Position numbers and translations under genes: made by a program. Source: an uncultured delta proteobacterium (GTDB lineage Bacteria; Desulfobacterota; DSM-4660; Desulfatiglandales; HGW-15). From it: a stretch of DNA of 64,000 bases. Numbering within the stretch: position 1 is the first letter of the stretch; each line of letters begins with the position of its first letter. Shown here one piece after another: positions 15,266 through 25,187 of this stretch. The stretch is from NCBI GenBank assembly GCA_963702565.1, contig CAVPDE010000011.1, positions 40,918 through 104,917 of the forward strand, given 5' to 3'. A model generated the notes under the pieces. That model was not told where the DNA came from. It worked only from the letters and a program-made list of their open reading frames with translations, and searched no databases.

Positions 15266-17416
15266 CTAGCCCTCCGGACTGAAGGAGGGCGCTTCCGGCA
15301 ATTTGATCCACCTGTTGAAATAAAAAGTGTAGTTGCCGGTCTTTGTGGGTGTGATCTTTCTGTATGCGACCTTGCCTTGGGAATCCACGTCCTTGATGAC
15401 GATGCGCTTGTCCAGGATGGCGCTCCACTTGCTTACGTAAAGAAACGTGTAGGGTTGCTCAAAGGCGATGATTTCATGAAGCCGATGGCAGAAAGAAGCC
15501 TGACGCTCATGGTCATATTCTTGTCTGATCCTGACAATGAGGTCATCGGCTTCCTGGTTCCTGAAGCCTACAAAATTGAGCTGATAGGGATTGGTCTGGC
15601 TGGAATGCCAGATCTGATAAAGATCCGGCTCAATCCCCATTTGCCAGCCCAAAATCAGCGCATCGAAATCGAACTTGTTGACTCGCTCCTTGATAAAGAC
15701 CGACCATTCAAACACAGCCGTCCGGACGTCGACTCCGATTTGTCTCCAGGCATCCTGAACAATGGTCATCACGGATTTGCGAATGTCATTCCCGCTGTTG
15801 GTAATCAGGGTGAACTGGAGCTTTTTCCCATTTTTCTCCAGCCAGCCTTCCCCATTCTTCCGCCAGCCCGCTTCTTCCAACAGCTTCAAGGCCCCTGCCG
15901 GGTCATAAGGTATGGGTTTCAGATTTTGATTGTAATAGTCCGTCTGCTTCACAAAAGGCCCTGTGATCTTTTCCCCTTGACCATAAAGCACGTACCGGAT
16001 GATCTTGTCCAAATCGACGGCCATGCTCAGGGCGGTTCGCACTCGACGGTCGTCAAAAGGGGCCCGGCGAAGATTATAGCCGATGTAAGAGTAGCCGAAA
16101 GAAAGCCCTGAGAAACTCTGGTACCGAGGATCATGCTCAAGGCGTTCCACCTGATGAGGTTGAACGCCGTATTCATCGGAGGTCCCGGCATAGAACTCCA
16201 TCTCCTGGGTCAGGAGATCGGGGATGACCCGAAATGCATAGCGCTCGTAGTTCGGAGCGCCATCCCAATACTCATTGAAGCGGTCCAGAGTGATGTACTG
16301 ATCGGATTTCCATTCGCGGAATACGAAAGGGCCGCAGCCAATGGGTCGGCGGTTGAACTGGCTATCTCTCATAGAAAACTTCGCGGGATCCGCACCCCGG
16401 CTCAGCGCCTCCTTTTTAAGCGCTTCGGCATTGAGGAGATGCTCGGGAAGGATATCCATGCCCCATGTTCCTATGGCAGGAGAGTAGAGGCGCTTGTAGA
16501 CAATGCGCACCGTCAGAGGATCAAAAACGTCGACCTGCTTGACCGGTTCGTAGTCCGGAACCCGGGGAGACAGGTTCCTGGGATCCATGATGGCTTCGTA
16601 GGTGAATTTCACGTCATCCGCTGTGAAGGGATGGCCGTCGTGAAACTTCACATTCGGTCTCAGACGGAAGAGGATGATAGGGTTGTGCTCAAGGGGGGGG
16701 AGGATTTCCTTTGCCCATGTTTTTAGGTTTTCCTGAGAAGGTTTAACCCTCTCATCCGGATCAGTACTGAGAAACATGTGTGAAGGAAGGGAACTGAAGT
16801 AGCTTTCTCCGAGAAGGCTGGAAAGGTTTACAAAAAGGTCTTGATCGACTTGATGCAGAACCAATTTAATCCTGCAAGGGGCCTGAACACGGATGGTAAT
16901 TTCACTGCCTTCGTCTCCCTCCTTGCCCTTTACAACTCGTTTGGTCTGGAACTCTTGGGGCGGAACAAAGGAAATCTCCTTGATGTTTTCAACTGAGGTT
17001 CGGAGTTTTGCGTTGCTCTGGATACCGCCTGACTTGGCTTGACGGAGCAACCCGATGACCTCATCAGGGCTTGCCTTCCCAAGGCTGGGAATCTCGGCCG
17101 TCTCATTACAGTAAAAGTATGCCTCCTCATAGATCTCCCAAGAGGTTGCAAGACGGCCTCTGAAACGAAGGTCTTGGTCTCGATCAATGAGACGGTCAAA
17201 GACAAGGTTTTCTATGGCGCTGCTGGCACTGTCCGATGAGAGAATCGGGTTCAGGATCGCGGCATCACCGATGGAAGCGGTGATGTATTCCTTGAGACGA
17301 TCCGGGTTCCCCCGGGTTTGGTCTTCGTAGGTAGGCACCCAGAAATAAGACTGGAGCAGAAGAAGGATGAGCAGAAGAGGAGCTAGGATCAAGATTGTAC
17401 GGACGGAGAACCGCAT
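15266..17416 (-). CDS. Peptide ABC transporter substrate-binding protein (family 5, OppA/DppA-like, unusually long at 716 aa)
   Basis: N-terminal signal/anchor LILAPLLLILLLL. The SBP_bac_5 pattern runs throughout (FHDGHPFTADDVKFTY, ITLDRFNEYW). Confidence 0.85.
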   Translation of the reverse strand: MRFSVRTILILAPLLLILLLLQSYFWVPTYEDQTRGNPDRLKEYITASIGDAAILNPILSSDSASSAIENLVFDRLIDRDQDLRFRGRLATSWEIYEEAYFYCNETAEIPSLGKASPDEVIGLLRQAKSGGIQSNAKLRTSVENIKEISFVPPQEFQTKRVVKGKEGDEGSEITIRVQAPCRIKLVLHQVDQDLFVNLSSLLGESYFSSLPSHMFLSTDPDERVKPSQENLKTWAKEILPPLEHNPIILFRLRPNVKFHDGHPFTADDVKFTYEAIMDPRNLSPRVPDYEPVKQVDVFDPLTVRIVYKRLYSPAIGTWGMDILPEHLLNAEALKKEALSRGADPAKFSMRDSQFNRRPIGCGPFVFREWKSDQYITLDRFNEYWDGAPNYERYAFRVIPDLLTQEMEFYAGTSDEYGVQPHQVERLEHDPRYQSFSGLSFGYSYIGYNLRRAPFDDRRVRTALSMAVDLDKIIRYVLYGQGEKITGPFVKQTDYYNQNLKPIPYDPAGALKLLEEAGWRKNGEGWLEKNGKKLQFTLITNSGNDIRKSVMTIVQDAWRQIGVDVRTAVFEWSVFIKERVNKFDFDALILGWQMGIEPDLYQIWHSSQTNPYQLNFVGFRNQEADDLIVRIRQEYDHERQASFCHRLHEIIAFEQPYTFLYVSKWSAILDKRIVIKDVDSQGKVAYRKITPTKTGNYTFYFNRWIKLPEAPSFSPEG

Positions 17417-17420
17417 AAGA

Positions 17421-17680
17421 AGTGCCTAAAGGGAGAAGAAATGTCTAAAGTGCCTAAAATAGAAAACCAAAACCACAACCACGAAAACACGAAACTATGA
17501 AAACACGAAAAAAAGAAATGCCTAAAGTGAGAAAACCAGTGACAAGTGACAAGTAACAAGTGACAAAACGAGCGAAAAATAAGAACAACTAAAAAAGGAC
17601 TACTTGTCACTCGTTACTTGTGACTTAAAGATCAACGGACAACTGACCACTGATAACGGTGAACCGTGAACGATGAGCAG
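17421..17680. repeat. 260-bp composite element upstream of the SBP gene: CTAAAGTG units, a CACGAAAA half-array, a GTGACAA/TTGTCAC hairpin and seven ANAACNG heptamers
   Basis: Modules: 17421-17460 units; 17477-17515 CACGAAAA x3; 17538-17572 AGTGACAAGTGACAAGTAACAAGTGACAA facing 17600-17626 CTACTTGTCACTCGTTACTTGTGACT (about 20 of 22 complementary); 17632-17680 TCAACGG ACAACTG ACCACTG ATAACGG TGAACCG TGAACGA TGAGCAG. Confidence 0.85.
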
Positions 17681-17757
17681 CCTTTGGCTCTCAGTCTATC
17701 AGAAAATTGAAATCATGCAATTGGTAAAGTCAGGGAATTGTGGTATGAGGCTCTGTT

Positions 17758-18720
17758 ATGTTTGAAGTTCTTGAGACAGCCTGGAATGTGGCCGCAAAGA
17801 GCCGCCATGTCCGGATCAACCATGAGGCGCTGGAGAAATTCAGTCAGGAATTGGCGGAGGGCGGTCTTCCCGGACCGAACTGGGATGCGGAGCATCACTT
17901 TAAGGGAAGCGATGAAGAGACGGTCGCCTATCTCCTTGCGGTGGACACCGTCAATTTCTGTTTCTGGCCTCCTCCTGGGCAGAAGAAATGGGAAATCTTG
18001 TATAAAGGGAAACCCTATTCGGGATACTACGGACTGGCTGTCTCGTTCAAGAAAGCGCTTGAGTCAGGGATTCCTCTCGGCGACTCCTCTTTCCTGGCTG
18101 CTCTAACCTTAAAGCAACTCGATGACATTTTCTCAGGAAAAGGGGTTTTGCAGCTTCTGGACGAACGCCTGGCAAACCTGCGGGAGCTGGGCAGGGTGCT
18201 CCTCAGCGAATACAGGGGGCAGGCTTGCGAATTGGTGGCAGCCGCCGGGGGTTCGGCAATCAGGCTGGTGCAGATGCTTGGCAGGGATTTCCCCTCTTTC
18301 CGCGACCAGGCGACCTACGAAGGCGAGAGCGTGTTCTTTTATAAAAGAGCCCAGTTATTTGCCGCTGACCTGCACGGAACCCTTGGCGGCAAAGGGCTGG
18401 GGAGTTTCACCGACATGAAAGAACTCACGGCCTTTGCAGACTACAAGCTGCCTCAGGTGCTTCGCCACGTTGGGGTGTTCGAATACGCTCCTGTCCTTAT
18501 GGAGAAGGTGGACCGCATGATATACCTCGAGCCGGGGAGCGAGGAAGAGGTCGAGGTCCGGGCCAACACGATCTGGGCCGTGGAGCTCCTTCGCCGGGAG
18601 ATGAATCGTCTCGGGAAAGAGGTTCATGCGAGCGAGATCGATTGGCTTCTGTGGAATCTGGGGCAAGACGACCGATTCAGAGCAAAGCCGTACCATCGGA
18701 CAGTGACGATATTCTACTGA
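17758..18720 (+). CDS. Queuosine-salvage family protein (DUF2419 / Qng1-like)
   Basis: DTVNFCFWP, FFYKRAQLFAADLHG and LTAFADYKLPQVLR match the DUF2419 pattern as I remember it. Confidence 0.6.
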   Translation: MFEVLETAWNVAAKSRHVRINHEALEKFSQELAEGGLPGPNWDAEHHFKGSDEETVAYLLAVDTVNFCFWPPPGQKKWEILYKGKPYSGYYGLAVSFKKALESGIPLGDSSFLAALTLKQLDDIFSGKGVLQLLDERLANLRELGRVLLSEYRGQACELVAAAGGSAIRLVQMLGRDFPSFRDQATYEGESVFFYKRAQLFAADLHGTLGGKGLGSFTDMKELTAFADYKLPQVLRHVGVFEYAPVLMEKVDRMIYLEPGSEEEVEVRANTIWAVELLRREMNRLGKEVHASEIDWLLWNLGQDDRFRAKPYHRTVTIFY

Positions 18721-18722
18721 GC

Positions 18723-18948
18723 GCCTAAAGGGAGAAGAAGTGTCTAAAGTGAACTACGCGCAGCGCAGGCGCTTGCGCCGCGTGAAGTGCCCAAAGTTGG
18801 AAGAAAGGTAAGAACAACCACGAAAACACGAAAAGAGGAAAGCACGAAAAAAGAAGAGAGGTGGCACGGGCAAGCTGTGCTTGCCCGTGGTATAGAGTAG
18901 TGGACGGGAGGAAGAAAACACGGATAAGCAAGGCTTGTCCGTGCCACC
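18723..18948. repeat. Composite element in the convergent gap: CTAAAGTG units, a GC hairpin, a CACGAAAA half-array and two related 11-bp hairpins
   Basis: Modules: 18723-18755 units; 18756-18785 GC hairpin; 18826-18870 CACGAAAA units; CACGGGCAAGC-TGT-GCTTGCCCGTG (18873-18897); CACGGATAAGC-AAG-GCTTGTCCGTG (18920-18943). Confidence 0.8.
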
Positions 18949-18992
18949 AGAACAAGGCTTAGGGTCCGTTTACCGTGCGCCGTGTCCCGATT

Positions 18993-20333
<1,341 letters not shown>

Positions 20334-20340
20334 TCACTCC

Positions 20341-20447
20341 CTGAAATCGGATGGAATCCGATTTCAGATAACGCTCCCAGTCTGCGGGAGCTAGAAGTCC
20401 TGCCTTCGGCAGGACGTTTTATGAAATCCGCCACGGGCGGATTTCAT
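20341..20447. repeat. Array of four consecutive perfect hairpins in the metK-ahcY spacer
   Basis: Hairpins: 12-bp CTGAAATCGGAT/ATCCGATTTCAG (20341-20367); 6-bp GCTCCC/GGGAGC (20373-20391); GTCCTGC-C(TTCG)G-GCAGGAC (20397-20415); 12-bp ATGAAATCCGCC/GGCGGATTTCAT (20421-20447). Confidence 0.85.
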
Positions 20448-21637
20448 TATTTCACCGCTTTCTTCAGATCTGCTACCGCGTCCAGTTTCTCCCAGGTGAA
20501 TTCCGGGAGCTCTCGGCCGAAGTGACCATAGTTGGACGTCTTTCTGAAAATAGGTCTCAAGAGGTCGAGCCGCTCGATGATCGCTCTGGGCCGAAGGTCG
20601 AACACCTTCTTGACCACCTGCGTCAACTCCGCATTGGACAAAACGCCTGTGCCGTAAGTCCCGACCATGACAGAAACCGGTTGGGCGCGGCCGATGGTGT
20701 AGGCCACCTGGATTTCGCACTTCTCAGCCAGACCGGCGGCGACGATGTTCTTGGCAATGTAGCGGCACATGTAGCAGGAACTCCGGTCCACCTTGGAAGG
20801 ATCCTTTCCCGAGAAGGCGCCTCCCCCGTGGTATCCAAAGCCGCCGTAAGTGTCCATGATGATTTTTCTGCCGGTCAACCCGCAGTCTCCCAACGGCCCT
20901 CCAACGACAAAACGGCCGGTGGTATTGATGAAGAACTGGGTCTCCTTGTCCAGCATGGATGCGGGAATGACCTTCTTGATGACCTCTTCGATAATGGATT
21001 CCCGCAGCGTGTCGTAATCCACTTCCGGGTTGTGCTGAGCCGCGATGACCACAGCGTGCGCCCTGAGCGGCTTTCCGTTGATGTACTCCACAGTGACCTG
21101 GGATTTTCCGTCCGGTCTCAGCCAGGGCAGCTTGCCGGACTTGCGCACGTGGGCCAACCTCTGGGTCAACCCGTGGGCGAGAAAGATGGGCATGGGCATC
21201 AGGGGTTGGGTGTCCCTGCACGCATATCCGAACATAAGCCCCTGGTCACCGGCTCCCTGGTCTTCTTTATAAAGGCCGGCACCGTTGACGCCGATGGCAA
21301 TATCCGGCGACTGCTTGTCAATGGAAGTGATCACTGCGCAGGTCTCCCAATCAAATCCCATAGAGGAGTTCTTGTAGCCGATCTCCTTGATCGTCTGGCG
21401 AACGATCTCGGGCATCTCGACGTAAGCGTTGGTGGTGATCTCGCCTGCAATCACGGCCATGCCCGTGGTCACGAGGGTCTCGCAGGCCACTCGGGCCTTC
21501 TTGTCCTGTTCCAGAATGCTGTCCAGGATGTGGTCGGAAATCTGATCCGCCACTTTGTCCGGGTGACCTTCTGTCACGGACTCGGAAGTGAACAGAAAAG
21601 TCTCGGACTTGGGATCGGTTTTGCTTTCAATGGTCAT
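20447..21637 (-). CDS. metK: S-adenosylmethionine synthase
   Basis: [19 protein letters not shown] and GGGAFSGKD. The start was moved to ATG 21635-21637, which has GAGAGAGGA upstream; the track ORF extends 19 codons further. Confidence 0.95.
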   Translation of the reverse strand: MTIESKTDPKSETFLFTSESVTEGHPDKVADQISDHILDSILEQDKKARVACETLVTTGMAVIAGEITTNAYVEMPEIVRQTIKEIGYKNSSMGFDWETCAVITSIDKQSPDIAIGVNGAGLYKEDQGAGDQGLMFGYACRDTQPLMPMPIFLAHGLTQRLAHVRKSGKLPWLRPDGKSQVTVEYINGKPLRAHAVVIAAQHNPEVDYDTLRESIIEEVIKKVIPASMLDKETQFFINTTGRFVVGGPLGDCGLTGRKIIMDTYGGFGYHGGGAFSGKDPSKVDRSSCYMCRYIAKNIVAAGLAEKCEIQVAYTIGRAQPVSVMVGTYGTGVLSNAELTQVVKKVFDLRPRAIIERLDLLRPIFRKTSNYGHFGRELPEFTWEKLDAVADLKKAVK

Positions 21638-21674
21638 AGTCTTGTCCTCTCTCAAATTAAGTTTTCTATCGCTT

Positions 21675-22523
21675 CTATCCCTTGCCAAGCACACAGTTGT
21701 CTATGAGCCGTGTCTTTCCCACTCTGACGGCAAGGGCCAACAAGGTTTCACCTCTCAAAGTATCCACGTCGTCCAGGGTAACAGGATCGCAGAGACTGAC
21801 GTAGTCGATCTGGGTGTAAGGGTGGCTTCGAACCAACTCCTCGATGGCTTCCTTGATCGTGGCCGACCGAGTCTCCCCCTTGCCCAGCATTTCCTGCGCA
21901 AGGTCCATGGATTTCTTGAGACAGAGGGCCGACTTTCTTTCTTCGCTGTTGAGGTAACTGTTGCGGGAGCTCATGGCCAGGCCGTCCGATTCCCGGTAGG
22001 TGGGCACCCCCAAGATTTGGAGGTCCATGTTCAGGTCCCTGACCATGCGGCTGATGACCGTGAGCTGCTGGTAATCCTTCTGGCCGAAGACAGCCAGGTG
22101 AGGCTTTGTGATGTTGAAGAGCTTGGCAACAATCGTGGTCACCCCGTCAAAATGGGTCGGTCTGGAGAGGCCGCAAAGATGCTTTGTCACCTTCTCGACA
22201 GACACTCTGCTTTCAAAACCCTCCGGGTACATCTGGTCAACGGCCGGAACAAAAGCGATGTCCACACCGACCTGCTGTGCTTTTGCCAGGTCTCCTTTCA
22301 GATCCCGGGGATACGCGGCCAGGTCTTCTTTGGGACCGAATTGCATGGGATTCACAAAGATACTGATGATCACGACGTCGCAGTGCTTTCTGGCGACTCT
22401 CATCAGTTCCAGGTGCCCTTCGTGGAAGAAGCCCATGGTGGGGACGAACCCGAGAACCTTTCCGGCCAGTCTCAGTTCTTCTGCCTTTTGCTGCATCAAC
22501 TCCGTTTTTTCAATAATCTCCAT
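21675..22523 (-). CDS. panC: Pantoate--beta-alanine ligase
   Basis: [15 protein letters not shown] and FGQKDYQQ. Confidence 0.95.
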   Translation of the reverse strand: MEIIEKTELMQQKAEELRLAGKVLGFVPTMGFFHEGHLELMRVARKHCDVVIISIFVNPMQFGPKEDLAAYPRDLKGDLAKAQQVGVDIAFVPAVDQMYPEGFESRVSVEKVTKHLCGLSRPTHFDGVTTIVAKLFNITKPHLAVFGQKDYQQLTVISRMVRDLNMDLQILGVPTYRESDGLAMSSRNSYLNSEERKSALCLKKSMDLAQEMLGKGETRSATIKEAIEELVRSHPYTQIDYVSLCDPVTLDDVDTLRGETLLALAVRVGKTRLIDNCVLGKG

Positions 22524-22546
22524 TCGCTTTAACCTCGGCGAGGCGA

Positions 22547-23188
22547 TCAGCTCTTCCTGGAACCGGCAGGGACATAGTACTGGACCCCTGATTTCATGGT
22601 GAGAATCTGTTGGACCAGGTCTTCGAAGTCCTCGGGCACATGAACGAAATCGATTTCCGAGGCATTGATCACGAGCAGAGGGGAATCGTCATAGTGAAAG
22701 AAGAACTCGTTGAAGGCCTGGTTGATCCGATCCAGATACTTGAAACTCACGGCCTTCTCGTATTTCCTTCCCCTTTCGCTGATCCGCTCCATCAGGGCGT
22801 CGGTCGTTGCCTGAAGAAAAATGACCAGGTCAGGCGGAGTGACTCTCTTCTTAAGAATCCCGAACAACTGCTCGTAGAGCCAGTAGTCGCTGTCTTCCAA
22901 GTTCACTCGCGCAAAGATCCTGTCTTTGTCAAAAAGAAAATCCGCTACGGTGACTCTGCTGAAAAGATCGATCTGGGCCAGGTCTGAAGCCAGATGGTAT
23001 CGCCTGAGAAGGAAGAAAACCTGGGTCTGAAAGGCGAACTTTTTGGGATTCTGATAAAAATTGATGAGGAAGGGATTCTCATCCACATCCTCAAGCAGAG
23101 CCTGGCCGTTCATTTTTTCGGCGAGCATTCTAGCAAAGCTCGTCTTGCCGACCCCAAGAGGTCCTTCGATGGCAATATACTGGTGCAT
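22547..23188 (-). CDS. Deoxynucleoside kinase family protein
   Basis: IAIEGPLGVGKTS P-loop, DENPFL..FY and FQTQVFFLLRR (dNK family pattern). Confidence 0.8.
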   Translation of the reverse strand: MHQYIAIEGPLGVGKTSFARMLAEKMNGQALLEDVDENPFLINFYQNPKKFAFQTQVFFLLRRYHLASDLAQIDLFSRVTVADFLFDKDRIFARVNLEDSDYWLYEQLFGILKKRVTPPDLVIFLQATTDALMERISERGRKYEKAVSFKYLDRINQAFNEFFFHYDDSPLLVINASEIDFVHVPEDFEDLVQQILTMKSGVQYYVPAGSRKS

Positions 23189-23277
23189 CTTGACGTCGCC
23201 CGAATCCTTCTAAAAGACTGGCGCTCTCACATGGAAGCGCCCGCCGTGTCGCATTTGACAAATTTTGTATGTTATTC

Positions 23278-24132
23278 CTAACCGGAAGATTTGTCAAGAA
23301 GCGGGCGGACAGCTTCAGTGAGGCTGATAAAATCGTCCATGCTGAGTGTCTCGGCTCTTCTCTGAGGGTCTATGGCACAGTGCTCCATGGCGTTCAGAAG
23401 GCTCTGAACTCCCCAGGATGGGAACGTGCCTCTCAGGGAGTTGAGGAGGGTTTTCCGCCGATGAGCGAAAGCCGCGCGAACCACCTTCCTCAAGGAATCT
23501 TCTGAATCCACCCTTCCGGGAAAAGGTCTTGAGAATTCAAACTGCACGACCGTGGAACTGACTTTCGGTTTGGGGAAGAAGGCTTGCCTGGGCACTTCAA
23601 GAAGCGGTGAAAGGCGGGCATGATACTGAATGAGAACAGTGAGAGCGCCGTACTGCTTGTTTCCCGGAGAGGCGGTCAGCCTGGCGGCCAGTTCGTGCTG
23701 AAGGGTGAGGATGGCTCTGGGAATAAACTCCCGGTTGCGGATCAGCATTTCAATGAGGGGGGAAGAAATATTGTACGGAATGTTCCCGATGACTTCGATC
23801 TTTTCTTCCGAAAGCGGGGCCAAGTCCAGTTTAAGGATGTCTTCGTGAATCAGGGTGACGTTCCCTATCCCTTCGCGGCGGAGATCGGCTCTGAGCTTCT
23901 CGGCAAGAGTTCCATCTTTTTCAACAGCGATCAGGTGCCGGACACAGGACGCGAGAGGAAAGGTCAAGGCTCCCGTCCCCGGCCCGATCTCGAGGACCGT
24001 GGAGCTCTTGTCGAACTTGGCACTGGACAGGATCCGTTCGATGAGGAGCGGGTCTCTCAGGAAATGCTGGCCGAGGCTCTTCTTGGGCCTGAAGGGGCTG
24101 GAGCGCCTCGGGGAGTAGCGTTTCTTGTTCAT
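23278..24132 (-). CDS. rsmA: 16S rRNA (adenine1518/1519-N6)-dimethyltransferase
   Basis: KKSLGQHFL and [12 protein letters not shown]. The start was moved to ATG 24130-24132, which overlaps the tsaD stop (ATGA). The 116 upstream codons of the track ORF run through tsaD out of frame. Confidence 0.9.
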   Translation of the reverse strand: MNKKRYSPRRSSPFRPKKSLGQHFLRDPLLIERILSSAKFDKSSTVLEIGPGTGALTFPLASCVRHLIAVEKDGTLAEKLRADLRREGIGNVTLIHEDILKLDLAPLSEEKIEVIGNIPYNISSPLIEMLIRNREFIPRAILTLQHELAARLTASPGNKQYGALTVLIQYHARLSPLLEVPRQAFFPKPKVSSTVVQFEFSRPFPGRVDSEDSLRKVVRAAFAHRRKTLLNSLRGTFPSWGVQSLLNAMEHCAIDPQRRAETLSMDDFISLTEAVRPLLDKSSG

Positions 24133-25151
24133 AGGATGGGAATGTCTTCTATTGGATATCTGGACTTCACATCCAGGGACAACTCCGCACGCTCTCCCCT
24201 GGAAATCCTGTGATAGCCGGCAAGAGCGATCATGGCGCCGTTGTCGGTGCAATAGGCCGGCCGGGGGGTGTAGAAGGCCATTCCACACTGGGAGGCCAGA
24301 TCCTTCACCCTGTCCTTCAGAGCCTGATTGCACGCCACTCCGCCGGCGACCACGATGGAGCGCACCTTGGTTCTCTCTGCGGCGGCGATGGTTTTTTCCG
24401 AAAGGACGTCGATCACCGCTTCCTGAAAGGATGCGGCGATATCCGCCATGGACACTTCTTTCCGCCCGTTCTCCTGCCATTTCTTGACATAGAGCGCCAC
24501 GGCGGTCTTGAGCCCGCTGAAGCTGAAATCCAGGGAATCAGGCCCCAGGTAAGCCCTGGGGAAACGGATCCGGTCCTTGTTCCCGGACCGGGCGAGATTT
24601 TCAATTACCGCCCCACCGGGATATCCCAGGCCAAGGATTTTAGCGACCTTGTCAAAGGCTTCGCCCGCGGCATCGTCCAGGGTTTGGCCCAGAGGGGTGT
24701 AACGACCGATGCCTTCCACGTGGTACAGGGTGGTGTGGCCGCCTGAAACGGTGAGGACCACGAAAGGGAAAGACGGGGTTCTTTCTTCCAGGAAAATAGA
24801 GAGGATGTGGCCTTCGAGATGATTGATCCCGACGTAGGGGATTTTCAGAACGTAAGAGAAAGCTTTGGCAAAATAGAGACCCACCAGCAGAGACCCGATC
24901 AGACCCGGGCCGACGGTGACCGCGATGCCGTCGAGAGCTTTTCGGGTGATGCCGGCTTGATCGAGCGCCTGATGGACGACAACGTTGATCTTCCCCAGGT
25001 GTTCCCGCGAAGCGAGTTCAGGAACGACTCCGCCGTAAGGGTGATGAAGCTGCACCTGCGAGTGGACGACACTGGACAGAACTTTGCTCCCGTCCATCAT
25101 CACTCCTGCGGAGGTGTCATCGCATGAGGTGTCAATGCCGAGGATCATCAT
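24129..25151 (-). CDS. tsaD: tRNA N6-adenosine threonylcarbamoyltransferase
   Basis: [17 protein letters not shown] and SGGHT. Confidence 0.95.
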   Translation of the reverse strand: MMILGIDTSCDDTSAGVMMDGSKVLSSVVHSQVQLHHPYGGVVPELASREHLGKINVVVHQALDQAGITRKALDGIAVTVGPGLIGSLLVGLYFAKAFSYVLKIPYVGINHLEGHILSIFLEERTPSFPFVVLTVSGGHTTLYHVEGIGRYTPLGQTLDDAAGEAFDKVAKILGLGYPGGAVIENLARSGNKDRIRFPRAYLGPDSLDFSFSGLKTAVALYVKKWQENGRKEVSMADIAASFQEAVIDVLSEKTIAAAERTKVRSIVVAGGVACNQALKDRVKDLASQCGMAFYTPRPAYCTDNGAMIALAGYHRISRGERAELSLDVKSRYPIEDIPIL

Positions 25152-25187
25152 GGGTGCTCGCCGTTCACACGCTGAGGCATGGCGGTT

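Noticed and set aside
15269-15290. The hairpin GCCCTCC-GGACTGAA-GGAGGGC as the terminator of the SBP gene.
   Set aside because: It lies inside the coding 3' end (…SFSPEG), upstream of the stop codon in transcript sense, and lacks a U-tract on the transcribed strand. It is probably incidental.
17389-17610. ORFs translating the repeat modules: 17389-17610, 18725-18955, 18744-18947, 30649-30837, 52135-52365 and 51027-51356.
   Set aside because: Their sequences are just periodic translations of the tandem units (FRHFF, HYSITP, WSxG repeats). They have no RBS and no conservation between copies at the protein level.
11189-18948. Could the tandem-unit arrays be CRISPR arrays?
   Set aside because: The units are only 7-9 nt and directly abut one another with no unique spacers. 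No cas genes are in the window and there is no 24-48-nt repeat. The architecture is incompatible with CRISPR.
20522-21706. 394-aa plus-strand ORF opposite metK. Similar long antisense ORFs lie at 25179-26429, 32361-33884, 61950-63332, 36718-37674, 6624-7553, 21588-22532, 16133-16726 and 54108-55985.
   Set aside because: Each lies antisense to a gene with unmistakable family motifs. Their translations are low-complexity (rich in R/G/P/H/L), and they have no RBS and no recognisable domain. They are typical stop-poor shadow frames of GC-rich coding DNA.
23278-24480. Long N-terminal extensions in the ORF track: rsmA 400 aa, lysC 439 aa, metK 415 aa, nnr 553 aa, the FtsX permease 881 aa and the GNAT 175 aa.
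   Set aside because: The extensions overlap upstream genes out of frame and are Arg/Gly/Pro-rich nonsense. Internal ATGs reproduce the conserved family N-termini, often with ATGA/TGATG coupling or a good SD.
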